Of a stretch of DNA of 64,000 nt, positions 51,156 to 61,278 are shown piece after piece. A model generated the notes under the pieces. The model saw only the letters and a list, made by a program, of their open reading frames with translations, searched no databases and was not told the origin of the DNA. Where the stretch lies: contig JABHGM010000001.1 of NCBI GenBank assembly GCA_018672055.1, positions 432,679 through 496,678 of the forward strand, given 5' to 3'. Source of the stretch: a bacterium. GTDB taxonomy: Bacteria > Patescibacteriota > Patescibacteriia > UBA1558 > UBA10009. The stretch's first letter is position 1. Each line of letters starts with the position of its first letter. Both the position numbers and the translations under genes were made by a program.

Positions 51156-51713
51156 CTATTCAGGTGGCATAAACGATGAATATACTTCATCTTTTTCTCC
51201 TATAAGAATATTATCCGCATAAAAAGAAGTAAATTCAGTTAATGATTCGTTCGTTTTTATCTTAACGGTCATACCTGGCTTAAATATAAATGATAGAAGT
51301 GACATGGTTTCTTGTAAAGAATGCTTTTTAAAGTATTCAGAGATTTTTGGAACTTTATCATTATCAAGTATTTTAATGTATTTTACCTCTTCTTGATCTT
51401 CTACGATCAAGACTGTTCCATATTCTATATTTTCCACTAGGAAAATACATTCAGGAGTATTATCAAAAATTGTTTCACATTCGTGTTTGATGCTTTGTCC
51501 ATTATAGATAGTATTTCCCATTATTATCAGGCCATCATCGTCATTTTGATCAGTATAGCAAAGAATTTTTCCTACAATATCATCACTAAATATGATAATA
51601 TTGAAATCCGGGTCATTGTGGTAGAAACCCAAAAATTGGGTTTCTGCAAAGTTATCTTTGGAACATCCAACCATTAAAAACATGGCAATAATCAGAAGTA
51701 TCATCTTCCTCAT
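51156..51713 (-). CDS. Hypothetical lipoprotein (antisense orphan cassette)
   Basis: Lipobox MVG-C; AAGGAG SD; TTGACA-17-TATATT promoter at 51805-51777. Confidence 0.75.
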   Translation of the reverse strand: MRKMILLIIAMFLMVGCSKDNFAETQFLGFYHNDPDFNIIIFSDDIVGKILCYTDQNDDDGLIIMGNTIYNGQSIKHECETIFDNTPECIFLVENIEYGTVLIVEDQEEVKYIKILDNDKVPKISEYFKKHSLQETMSLLSFIFKPGMTVKIKTNESLTEFTSFYADNILIGEKDEVYSSFMPPE

Positions 51714-51808
51714 TTTATTCTCCTTTTGTTAGTTTATTACTTTTAATTAATTTTGTAAGAACGAAATTAATAATAGAATATACCATATAATATATATAAT
51801 GTCAATAT

Positions 51809-52969
51809 ATGCCAAGCTACGAAGATAGAGGTGTTTCACCTCATAAACCAGATGTAAAAAAAGCTATTTTAGCTATTGATCAGGGATTATATCCTAAAGC
51901 TTTTTGTAAAGCTATTCCTGATATTATTAGTAATCAAGAAGATTACTGTTTTTTACTACATGCTGATGGTGCTGGTACTAAGTCTTCTCTGGCTTATTTA
52001 CAGTATAAAGAAAATAATGATCCATCTGTATTTCGAGGTATTGCTCAAGATTCCTTAGTAATGAATTTAGATGATTTACTATGTGTTGGGGCTTTAGGTC
52101 CTTTCATATTATCAAATACTATAGGACGTAATTATAAATTAATAGATGGTGAAATAATTAAACAAATAATTGAAGGATATCAAGATCAAGCTAATTTAAT
52201 GAAAGAACATGGTATAGATGTAGTTAATTGTGGTGGTGAAACTGCTGATCTTGGTGATTTAGTTAGAACTGTAATAATTGATTCAACAATTGCTGTACGT
52301 ATGAAGCGTTCTCACTTTATTGATGCTTCACTTGTAAAACCTGATCAAGTAATCGTGGGCTTATCATCTAGTGGTCAAGCTACATATGAAACTAAATATA
52401 ATTCAGGGATTGGTACAAATGGTTTTACTTCAGCACGTCATGAAGTTTTAAATAATGAATATAGAGATAAATATCCAGAATCTTTTGCTCCTGAAATATA
52501 TGACTTAGCCTATACCGGTAAGTTTAAATTAAGTGATAAATTAAAAGATACTCCTTTAACTGTTGGTGAGGCCTTACTTAGCCCTACTCGTACTTATGCT
52601 CCTATTCTAAAATTAGTTTTAGATGAATATCGAGATAATATTTCCGCTATTTTCCATAATAGTGGTGGTGGGCAGACAAAATGTATTAATTTTGGTGAAA
52701 ATATTAGGTATGTAAAAGATAATCTATTTAATACTCCACCCATATTTAATTTAATACGTGAAAGTAATAATTTAAGTAATCATGAAATGTATCGAGTATA
52801 TAATATGGGAAGTCGTATGGAAATAGTTTGTGACAGCAAAGTAGCAGATAAAATAATAGATATTTCAAATAAATTTAAAGTAGATGCTCAAGTAATAGGT
52901 AGAACTGAAAAGAGTGATAAAACTGAAGTTTTAATTAAAACTAAAGATGAAGAAATAAAATATGAGTAA
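51809..52969 (+). CDS. purM: AIR synthase (Bacteroidetes-like long type)
   Basis: Y..RGVS..K.DV, HADGAGTKS, GGETAD.GDLVRT, LSPTRTY, YNMG.RME. Confidence 0.9.
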   Translation: MPSYEDRGVSPHKPDVKKAILAIDQGLYPKAFCKAIPDIISNQEDYCFLLHADGAGTKSSLAYLQYKENNDPSVFRGIAQDSLVMNLDDLLCVGALGPFILSNTIGRNYKLIDGEIIKQIIEGYQDQANLMKEHGIDVVNCGGETADLGDLVRTVIIDSTIAVRMKRSHFIDASLVKPDQVIVGLSSSGQATYETKYNSGIGTNGFTSARHEVLNNEYRDKYPESFAPEIYDLAYTGKFKLSDKLKDTPLTVGEALLSPTRTYAPILKLVLDEYRDNISAIFHNSGGGQTKCINFGENIRYVKDNLFNTPPIFNLIRESNNLSNHEMYRVYNMGSRMEIVCDSKVADKIIDISNKFKVDAQVIGRTEKSDKTEVLIKTKDEEIKYE

Positions 52970-54188
52970 GATAGCCATAATTCAATTCCCAGGTACTAAT
53001 TGTGAAGCTGAATCATTTCGTGCTATAAAAGACGTTGGTATGGAACCTGAGCTATTCAGATGGAATAGAGATAAAGAAGATTTACGTAAATTTGATGGGT
53101 ATTTTATACCAGGGGGTTTTTCCTATGAAGATAGAGTAAGGTCTGGAGCTATTGCAGGACGTGATCCATTAATGAAAGTAATTAAGCAAGAATCAGCTAA
53201 AGGTAAACCAGTTATTGGTATATGTAATGGAGCGCAAATACTTGTTGAGTCAGGTATGATTCCAGGTTTAGAAGCAAGTCATTTAGGAGCAAGCTTGTCA
53301 TGGAATGAAAAGGGTTATCTAAATATTTGGGTACGTATTAAAAATGATTCAGATAAAGTAACTGCTTTTAATAATTTTGATAAAGATTTTAATTTTAGCT
53401 TACCTATTGCTCATGGTGAAGGAAGATGGGTAATAGCTGATGATTTATTAAAAAAATTAACAGATAATGGACAAACAGTTTTTAAATATTGTGATACTAG
53501 TGGTGATTTAAAAGATGAGTATCCTGTTAATCCAAATGGTTCTGTAAATAATTTAGCAGGGGTAAGTAACAAAGAAGGTAATGTTTTAGCTTTAATGCCT
53601 CATCCAGAGAGAACTAAAGAGGGACTTAAAATATTTGAATCAATGAAAAAGTATATTGAAGAGAACAAGGAATATGAGGTTAGTGAAATAAAAGGTTTTG
53701 AACATAAGAATGGTGAACTTAATAAGTATAGTAAAGAAGAAAATAGCCTTGAATTCTTAGTTGATCTAATAATAACAGACAATGAAGCAGAAACTCTTCA
53801 AATTGCTTTATCTCAGCTTGATTTTAACACTGATTCTCTTAAAAGATATACTCATTGGGAAGTAAGCACTAGTGATACAAGTCAAGAATTAAAAGATAAA
53901 TTAATTAAATCAGGAGAACTTTTAAATACTAATAAGGAAATACCATATATTAATGATAAATCAAAGTTAAAGAATAAGACACATAAAGTATTAATAAGGT
54001 ATAAAGATGATTTTACAGGACATGATATTCTTGGTACTTTAAATAATAGGTTAGGTATAACGCAAGTAAGTAAAGTATTAAAAGGTGTCTTATGGGAAAT
54101 TGAATGCACAGATCAAGAATTTAAAAAAATAATTAATAGTCATATACTATTTAATCCATTAGCACAGATTGCTTTAATATATGAATGA
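52962..54188 (+). CDS. purQ: FGAM synthase glutaminase PurQ fused to two PurS-like domains
   Basis: FPGTNCE, PGGFSYED, GICNGAQ, AHGEG, MPHPER; ~170-aa C-terminal extension with two PurS-like repeats. Confidence 0.92.
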   Translation: MSKIAIIQFPGTNCEAESFRAIKDVGMEPELFRWNRDKEDLRKFDGYFIPGGFSYEDRVRSGAIAGRDPLMKVIKQESAKGKPVIGICNGAQILVESGMIPGLEASHLGASLSWNEKGYLNIWVRIKNDSDKVTAFNNFDKDFNFSLPIAHGEGRWVIADDLLKKLTDNGQTVFKYCDTSGDLKDEYPVNPNGSVNNLAGVSNKEGNVLALMPHPERTKEGLKIFESMKKYIEENKEYEVSEIKGFEHKNGELNKYSKEENSLEFLVDLIITDNEAETLQIALSQLDFNTDSLKRYTHWEVSTSDTSQELKDKLIKSGELLNTNKEIPYINDKSKLKNKTHKVLIRYKDDFTGHDILGTLNNRLGITQVSKVLKGVLWEIECTDQEFKKIINSHILFNPLAQIALIYE

Positions 54189-54726
54189 AGATAGAAAAAA
54201 AGAAATACTAAATATTGTTGATGAAAATGATAATATAATCGGTGAAGATACTAGATACAATATTCATAAGAAAGGATTGCTACATAGAGAAGTAAATGCT
54301 TGGTTTTATACTAGTAAAGGTGAGATAATTTTTCAAAAAAGAGGTTTAAATCAAGAAATTTATCCAGGACTTCTTGATTCAACGGCAGGGGGTCATGTAG
54401 ATCTGAATGAAGATTATGACAGCGCCATAATAAGAGAAATAAAAGAGGAGACTGGTATTAATCCTGAAAAAGATAAATTAGAATTAGTGCTAAAGAGAAT
54501 GATAAAGTATACTGAAAAATTATCAGGATTAATTAATAATAAGTGTTATCAAATTTATACATATAGGTTTGATGGCGATATTAATGAATTGATAGCCTCA
54601 GAAGGGCAAGGTTTTGTAGCTTGGCCAATTGATAGGTTGATAAATATATCTGAAAAAGATAAGAAGAACGTTATTCCAGAGATATATAATACTGATGAAA
54701 TAAAAATATTTAGTAATTTAAAATAA
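54181..54726 (+). CDS. NUDIX hydrolase (IDI/YfcD-like)
   Basis: IVDEND..IG, GLLHR, GGHV...E......REIKEETGI. Confidence 0.88.
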   Translation: MNEDRKKEILNIVDENDNIIGEDTRYNIHKKGLLHREVNAWFYTSKGEIIFQKRGLNQEIYPGLLDSTAGGHVDLNEDYDSAIIREIKEETGINPEKDKLELVLKRMIKYTEKLSGLINNKCYQIYTYRFDGDINELIASEGQGFVAWPIDRLINISEKDKKNVIPEIYNTDEIKIFSNLK

Positions 54727-55729
54727 TATATGGAGAAAAAAATAATAAATAAATAATATGATTGAAAGATTTAATTCATCAGTAGAAAGTAATAAGAATA
54801 ATGCATTTGAAATGCCAATTTTTGAAATTAAAGATGTCTTACAAGATCCGGAGATAGAAAATGTCATACAATCTATGAGACGAGACGTATTTAAATCATT
54901 AGGTATTGATGATGCAAAATCAGATATGGTAATGGATCAATGTCTTAAATTTGCAAAAAATTATGATGATATTAATGAATATGAACAAGCAGCTCATAAT
55001 ATTTTAGAAAGTGAGGGAGTTGTTGATGCTATTCCAGAAAAACTTATTGAACGTGCTGAAATAATACATGAGCAAATAAAAAAGTATCTAAAAGATGGTT
55101 TAGTTCTTGATTTTGGATGTGGCGATGCAAGGCTTGCGCAACTTATTGCAAAAGATGGAAATGAGGTGCAACTTGCAGATGTATATGAAAATCCGAATGT
55201 AGCCAAAACAGGACTTCCGTTTGAATTATTAGAACAAGGTAAAGATATACCATTTGAAGATAATAAGTTTGATAATACATTACTCCTTACAGTTTTCCAT
55301 CATAGTGATGATCCTATTCAATTAATGAAAGAGACTAAACGTGTGACAAAGCCAGGTGGTAGGGTAATTGTTATTGAATCAGTTTATGATGTAGATGGCA
55401 AAGAGCTTTCAGAAGATGAACGTAAAAAATCAGAAGAATATCTTGCCTTGTCTCCTGAACAACAACGTAGAGTTAATATATTTTTTGATCATTTCTACAA
55501 TCGTGTTATACATAATTCAGACGATCCATCAAAAAAAGTAAATGTGCCTTTTAACTTTAATACACCTGAAGAATGGAAGAAATTATTTGATGAGCAAGAT
55601 TTAAAACAAGAAGAAGTTGTTCATTTAGGACCAGATCAACCAACAGTTCCTGAATATCATACATTGCATGTACTTAATGTAGAAAAATAATTAATAAAAA
55701 TAAAATAATATATGGAGAAAAAAATAATA
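54719..55729 (+). repeat. 29-bp direct repeat (54719-54747 and 55701-55729) flanking the methyltransferase gene
   Basis: taaaataatatatggagaaaaaaataata is identical at both sites and includes the first 6 codons of purC. Confidence 0.9.
54758..55690 (+). CDS. Class I SAM-dependent methyltransferase
   Basis: VLDFGCGDA, IPFEDNKFD, VFHH, RVTKPGGRVIVIE. Confidence 0.9.
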   Translation: MIERFNSSVESNKNNAFEMPIFEIKDVLQDPEIENVIQSMRRDVFKSLGIDDAKSDMVMDQCLKFAKNYDDINEYEQAAHNILESEGVVDAIPEKLIERAEIIHEQIKKYLKDGLVLDFGCGDARLAQLIAKDGNEVQLADVYENPNVAKTGLPFELLEQGKDIPFEDNKFDNTLLLTVFHHSDDPIQLMKETKRVTKPGGRVIVIESVYDVDGKELSEDERKKSEEYLALSPEQQRRVNIFFDHFYNRVIHNSDDPSKKVNVPFNFNTPEEWKKLFDEQDLKQEEVVHLGPDQPTVPEYHTLHVLNVEK

Positions 55730-56677
55730 CAAAGTAATATTAAAAATGTTTTAACAGAAACTAATTTGGTAAATCTTGGTACTAAACAAATTGGTAAAGT
55801 AAGAGATGTTTATGTAAGTGATGATAAGATTTTTTTAATAGCTACAGATAGGCAAAGTGCTTTTGATAGGGTACTGGCTTCAATACCTTTTAAAGGGCAA
55901 GTTCTTACTCAAACTAGTAAATGGTGGTTTGAACAAACTAAGAGCTTTTGTCCTAATTCTGTAATAGATACACCAGATCCTAATGTATCAGTTCAAAAGA
56001 ATTTAGAAGTTATGCCTTTTGAAGTAGTTATTCGTGGATATATTACTGGTACTACAGATACTGCTGCTTGGACTAATTACCAAAAAGGCGTTAGAGATTT
56101 TTGTGGTAATAAATTACCTGAAAATATGGTAAAGAATCAAAAATTTGATGCACCCATTATTACACCAACTACTAAGTTTGAAAAACATGATCGTAATATA
56201 TCAAAAAATAATATACTTTCTGAGAAGATGTGTTCTGTAGAAGAATGGGAATATATTTCAGAGAAAGCTTTTCAGTTATTTGCTTTTGGTCAAAAAACTG
56301 CTTTAGCTCATGGTTTAATACTAGTTGATACTAAATATGAGTTTGGTAAGGATAAGCAAGGTAATATATTCTTAATTGATGAAATACATACCCCTGACTC
56401 TTCTAGGTATTGGTTGAAAGAAACATATCAAGAAAGAATATCAGAAGGTAATGAGCCAGATAATATTGATAAGGAATTTTTAAGATTATGGTTTAAAGAT
56501 AACTGTGATCCATATCATGATGAAGAATTACCTGAAGCACCTCGTGAATTAATTGTAGAATTATCAATGAGATATATTAAATTATTTGAAATGATAACTG
56601 GTGAAACATTTAGTGTTGATGATAAGTTAATATTATCTAGAATAGAGAAAAATTTAAAAACTAAAGGTTACATGTAA
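55712..56677 (+). CDS. purC: SAICAR synthetase
   Basis: GKVRDVY, TDRQSAFD, IPFKGQVL, LVDTKYEFG, DEIHTPDSSRYW. Confidence 0.97.
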   Translation: MEKKIIQSNIKNVLTETNLVNLGTKQIGKVRDVYVSDDKIFLIATDRQSAFDRVLASIPFKGQVLTQTSKWWFEQTKSFCPNSVIDTPDPNVSVQKNLEVMPFEVVIRGYITGTTDTAAWTNYQKGVRDFCGNKLPENMVKNQKFDAPIITPTTKFEKHDRNISKNNILSEKMCSVEEWEYISEKAFQLFAFGQKTALAHGLILVDTKYEFGKDKQGNIFLIDEIHTPDSSRYWLKETYQERISEGNEPDNIDKEFLRLWFKDNCDPYHDEELPEAPRELIVELSMRYIKLFEMITGETFSVDDKLILSRIEKNLKTKGYM

Positions 56678-56678
56678 T

Positions 56679-57125
56679 ATGAAAGTAATAATTATAATGG
56701 GTAGTTCTTCTGATAAAGAATGGGCTACTAAAATAGAAGATAATTTAAAAACTTGGGACTTAGAGTTTGAAGAACACATTTTGTCAGCTCATAAAGTACC
56801 TGAAATGGTATTTGATTTAGTAACTAAATTAAATCAGGAAAAAGATATAGTATATATTACTATTGCCGGACGTTCTAATGGTTTATCTGGTGTTACTGCT
56901 GCAAATAGCATTCATCCAGTAATTGCATGTCCACCTTTTTCTAGTAAAGAAGATATGATGGTAAATATTCATTCAACTTTGCAAATGCCTTCAGCTACAC
57001 CAGTACTTACTGTATTAGATCCTAAAAATGTAGCAGACGCTTGTGCTAGAATATTAGGGCTTAGTAATGATGATATGCAAAGTAAGGTTGTTGATAAAAT
57101 AAAAGATATTAAAAAATCATTTTAA
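56679..57125 (+). CDS. purE: AIR carboxylase PurE (class II signature)
   Basis: IMGSSSD, SAHK, AGRSNGL, PVIACPP. Confidence 0.92.
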   Translation: MKVIIIMGSSSDKEWATKIEDNLKTWDLEFEEHILSAHKVPEMVFDLVTKLNQEKDIVYITIAGRSNGLSGVTAANSIHPVIACPPFSSKEDMMVNIHSTLQMPSATPVLTVLDPKNVADACARILGLSNDDMQSKVVDKIKDIKKSF

Positions 57126-57129
57126 ATAT

Positions 57130-58479
57130 ATGGATACATTAAATGCAATATCTCCACTTGATGGTAGATATCAAGATAAAATAAAAGAGCTATCTAAGTA
57201 TTTTTCTGAAAGTGCTTTAATTAGATATCGTTTAAAAATAGAAATAGAATATTTTATTGCTTTATCACTTGAACCTAAAATAAAAGAAGTAAGAGAATTT
57301 AGTGATGAAGAAATTGTAAGTCTTAGAACACTTTATCTTAAATTTAATGAAAAAGATGCTTTGCAAGTTAAAAAGATAGAAAAAAAGACTAATCATGATG
57401 TTAAAGCAGTTGAGTATTTTTTAAAGAATAATTTACCAGATACTCTTAAAGAATTTTCTGAGTTTATACATTTTGCTTTAACTTCAGAGGATATAAATAA
57501 TTTAGCTTACTCTTTAATGCTAAAAGATGGCTATAATGAATATTTAAAGAGTTTAAAGAAGTTGCTTAAGAATTTAAAAGGTTTGAGCCTAGATTATAAA
57601 AGAATTCCATTGTTATCTCTAACTCATGGCCAAGCAGCCACACCTACTACTATAGGTAAGGAATTTGCTGTTTTCTATATGCGTCTTAAAGATCAGATAC
57701 AGCCATTTACTTTAAAAGGTAAGTTATCTGGCGCTGTAGGCAATTTTAATGCTCAGAAACAAGCATATTCTAATGTTGATTGGTTTAGTTTTAGTCAAAA
57801 TTTTGTTGAGTCTCTAGGTTTAGAATATAATGCCATAACTACACAAATAGAACCACATGATTCATTATCTTATGTGTATCATCAAATAAGTAGAATAAAT
57901 AATATTGTACGTGATCTAGATCAAGATTTATGGCTATATATAAGTAGAGATATATTTAAATTGAAAAAGAAGTCAGGTGAAGTCGGTTCTTCTACTATGC
58001 CTCATAAGGTAAATCCAATTGATTTTGAAAATAGTGAAGGTAATTTAGGTTTAGCTAATGCTTTACTTATTTATATGGCAAATAAATTACCTATTTCTCG
58101 TATGCAAAGAGATTTAACTGATTCTACTACACTTAGAAATCAAGGTATAGCTCTTGGTTATTCTTTGCTCGCTTTAAAGTCTACACTTAAAGGTTTAGGT
58201 AAATTAGAAGTAAATAGGACAAGATGTAGAGAAGAATTAGATGAAAACTGGCAAGTTTTAGCAGAACCTATTCAGGTAGTTTTGAGAAAAGTAAGTTTTC
58301 CTAAACCATATGAAACATTAAAAGAATTAACTCAGGGTAAAAAGATAGATCAGGAAAAGATAACTAAGTTTATTAAAAAGTTAAAAATATCTAAAGTAGA
58401 AAAAGATAAGTTATTAAAATTAACACCAAGTAAATATATAGGGGAGAGTATTAAATTAATAGATAAATATATTAAGTAA
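57130..58479 (+). CDS. purB: Adenylosuccinate lyase
   Basis: AISPLDGRY, TNHDVKAVEY, THGQ.ATPTT, GSSTMPHKVNPIDFENSEGN. Confidence 0.98.
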   Translation: MDTLNAISPLDGRYQDKIKELSKYFSESALIRYRLKIEIEYFIALSLEPKIKEVREFSDEEIVSLRTLYLKFNEKDALQVKKIEKKTNHDVKAVEYFLKNNLPDTLKEFSEFIHFALTSEDINNLAYSLMLKDGYNEYLKSLKKLLKNLKGLSLDYKRIPLLSLTHGQAATPTTIGKEFAVFYMRLKDQIQPFTLKGKLSGAVGNFNAQKQAYSNVDWFSFSQNFVESLGLEYNAITTQIEPHDSLSYVYHQISRINNIVRDLDQDLWLYISRDIFKLKKKSGEVGSSTMPHKVNPIDFENSEGNLGLANALLIYMANKLPISRMQRDLTDSTTLRNQGIALGYSLLALKSTLKGLGKLEVNRTRCREELDENWQVLAEPIQVVLRKVSFPKPYETLKELTQGKKIDQEKITKFIKKLKISKVEKDKLLKLTPSKYIGESIKLIDKYIK

Positions 58480-58480
58480 T

Positions 58481-59968
58481 ATGTGTGGTATCGTTGGTAT
58501 AATAGGAAATCAAGATGTAGGCATAGAAGTCTATGAGAGTTTGATTTGTCTGCAACATAGAGGGCAAGATAGTGCTGGTATTTCTACATATAATAAACAG
58601 TTTCATCTTAAAAAAGGTTTAGGTTTGGTGAGAGACGTTTTTGATCAAGAAGATATGGATAGACTTAAAGGTAATATTGGTATTGGTCAATTACGTTATC
58701 CAACAGTAGGTGGTAATGGCATTGAAGATTCACAACCCTTTATATTACATCAACCTTATGGTATTTCTATGGTGCATAATGGTAATGTATATAATTTTCA
58801 TGATTTAAAAAAAGAATTATTTGAAAAGAATCAAAGACATATTAATTCTAATTGTGATTTAGAAGTAATTTTACATGTTTTTGCTCATGAAATGAGCAAG
58901 TATTGTCATAAAGATTTTTTTGATTCAATTTGTAAAGCAGTTGAAGCAGTTCATAAAAGAGTAAAAGGTGGTTATTCAGTAATAGCTGTTATAGCTGGAA
59001 AAGGTATCGTTGCTTTTCGTGATCCTCATGGTATTAGACCTCTTATTTGGGGTAAGCGTGATTTAAGTTTTAAAGAAGAACATATTTTTGCTTCTGAAGG
59101 AACTATGCTTAAGATAATGAACTTTGAATTCCATAGAGATGTAGAACCAGGTGAAGTTGTTTTTGTAGATTTAAATGGTGAAGTTAAGTCTAAGCGAGTA
59201 ACTGAGAAAGAATTTAGACCTTGTATTTTTGAATATGTATATTTTGCTCGTCCTGATTCTGTTTTAAATAAAGTTAGTGTTTATAGAGCACGTCTTAGAA
59301 TGGGTCAAAACTTAGCTAAGAAAATAAAGAAACTTCATCCAGATTTAGATGTAGACATAGTAGTACCAGCTCCTGAATCAGCAGCTACAGCTGCCTTATC
59401 TTGTGCTCATGAATTACGTGTTAGATACACTCAAGCACTCGTTAAAAATCATTTCATTGGACGTACCTTTATTATGCCAGGTCAGAAAGTAAGAAGAAGA
59501 GCTAATCAATTTAAATTATCTCCTTTAATTCATGAAATAAAAGGTAAAAATATTTTAATTGTTGATGATAGTATTGTTCGTGGTAATGTGTCTAGACATA
59601 TAGTTAAGTTATTGAAAGATTCTGGAGCTAAGAAGGTATATTTTGCTTCAGCTTCACCACCACTTAGATATCCTGATTTATTTGGTATTGATTTACCAAC
59701 TTCTGATGAATATATTGCTTTTAATAAGACAGAAGAAGAAATACGTCAATCTATTGGTGCTGATATTTTAATATATCAAGATATTGAAGATTTAGTTGAA
59801 GCTGTAACTAGAAGAGGTGATTTAGATTTTACTAGACCTCATACAGCATATTTTAATGGTGATTATCCAGTTGAAGGAATAACTCCTGAGGTTTTAGCAG
59901 ATATTGAAAAGCAAAGAAAAGAAGAAAGAGCTAGTCATGGAAATATTAAGTCAAATAAATTATTATGA
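58481..59968 (+). CDS. purF: Amidophosphoribosyltransferase
   Basis: MCGIVG, QHRGQD, HNGN, RDPHGIRPL, VDDSIVRG. Confidence 0.98.
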   Translation: MCGIVGIIGNQDVGIEVYESLICLQHRGQDSAGISTYNKQFHLKKGLGLVRDVFDQEDMDRLKGNIGIGQLRYPTVGGNGIEDSQPFILHQPYGISMVHNGNVYNFHDLKKELFEKNQRHINSNCDLEVILHVFAHEMSKYCHKDFFDSICKAVEAVHKRVKGGYSVIAVIAGKGIVAFRDPHGIRPLIWGKRDLSFKEEHIFASEGTMLKIMNFEFHRDVEPGEVVFVDLNGEVKSKRVTEKEFRPCIFEYVYFARPDSVLNKVSVYRARLRMGQNLAKKIKKLHPDLDVDIVVPAPESAATAALSCAHELRVRYTQALVKNHFIGRTFIMPGQKVRRRANQFKLSPLIHEIKGKNILIVDDSIVRGNVSRHIVKLLKDSGAKKVYFASASPPLRYPDLFGIDLPTSDEYIAFNKTEEEIRQSIGADILIYQDIEDLVEAVTRRGDLDFTRPHTAYFNGDYPVEGITPEVLADIEKQRKEERASHGNIKSNKLL

Positions 59969-61275
59969 AAATACTTTTAGTCGGTAATGGAGCTAGAGAA
60001 CATATTATAGCTCAAAAATTAAAAGATTCACCTCAAAGTATTGAGCTTTTTTGTTTTGCCTCAAGTAATAATCCAGGGATAATTAATTTAGCACAGGGTT
60101 ACAAGGTGGGTGATTTTAGTAATGAGAATATAATAAGTTATGCTAAAGAAAATAATGTTGATTTTGTATTCGTGGGCCCTGAATCTCCTTTAGAAAAAGG
60201 TTTAGTAGATGATTTAGAGAAAGTTAATATTAAATCTGTAGGACCATATATGGAGCTGGCTCAACTTGAAACTTCTAAATCTTTTGCACGTCAATTATTC
60301 AAAGAATATAATATACCTGTTAATCCAGAATTTAAGATTTTTGAATCAATGGATGGTGTTGAAGAATGGTTACTTTACTTAGAAGAGAATTTTGTTATTA
60401 AACCTGATGGTTTAACAGGCGGTAAGGGAGTACAAGTATCAGGTGATCATTTTCAAACTATGAACGAAGGCATGGCTTTAATTAGTAAATTAATTGAAAA
60501 CGGAACTAGAGTAATAATTGAAGAAAAATTAATTGGTCAGGAATTTAGTTTAATGAGTTTCTCTGATGGTGAACATTTAGTACATATGCCATGTGCTCAA
60601 GATAATAAAAGAGCTTTAGCAGGGGATACTGGGCCTAATACTGGTGGTATGGGCTCATATTCATTTTCTGATGGCTCTATGCCTTTTATATCAGATAAAG
60701 AGTTAAAAGATGGACAAGAGATTAATTTAAAAGTAATGAAAGCTTTAAAAGAAAAGACTGGTAAACCATACAGAGGCATATTATATGGTAATTTTATAGC
60801 AACTAAAAAAGGTTTAAAAATAATTGAATATAATGCAAGACTTGGTGATCCTGAAGCTATGAATGTATTAAGTGTTTTTAAATCAGATTTTGTTGAAGTA
60901 TGTCTTGGTATTATAGAAGGTAATTTAAATGAAAAAAAAGTTGAATTTGAGAATAAAGCTACTGTATGTAAATATGCTGTACCACAAGGTTATCCAGAAG
61001 ATCCTATCAAAGATGAAACTATAAATGTAGATTCTATTGATACTAGCAAAGTTGATATATATTATGCAGCAGTTGATAAAAGAGAAGACGGAATTTATTT
61101 AACTGGTTCACGTGCTGTAGCTATAGTTGCTAAGCATGAAGATATATATGAAGCTGAAAGATTGGCAGAAGAAGAAATAAATAATATAATTGGTCCAGTT
61201 ATACATAGAGAAGATATAGGTAAGAAGAAGCTTATTGAAAAGCGTATAGAGATGATGAATAAATTAAAAGAATAG
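59965..61275 (+). CDS. purD: Phosphoribosylamine-glycine ligase
   Basis: VGNGAREH, VGPE.PL, GLTGGKGV, GPNTGGMG, EYNARLGDPE. Confidence 0.97.
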   Translation: MKILLVGNGAREHIIAQKLKDSPQSIELFCFASSNNPGIINLAQGYKVGDFSNENIISYAKENNVDFVFVGPESPLEKGLVDDLEKVNIKSVGPYMELAQLETSKSFARQLFKEYNIPVNPEFKIFESMDGVEEWLLYLEENFVIKPDGLTGGKGVQVSGDHFQTMNEGMALISKLIENGTRVIIEEKLIGQEFSLMSFSDGEHLVHMPCAQDNKRALAGDTGPNTGGMGSYSFSDGSMPFISDKELKDGQEINLKVMKALKEKTGKPYRGILYGNFIATKKGLKIIEYNARLGDPEAMNVLSVFKSDFVEVCLGIIEGNLNEKKVEFENKATVCKYAVPQGYPEDPIKDETINVDSIDTSKVDIYYAAVDKREDGIYLTGSRAVAIVAKHEDIYEAERLAEEEINNIIGPVIHREDIGKKKLIEKRIEMMNKLKE

Positions 61276-61278
61276 ATT

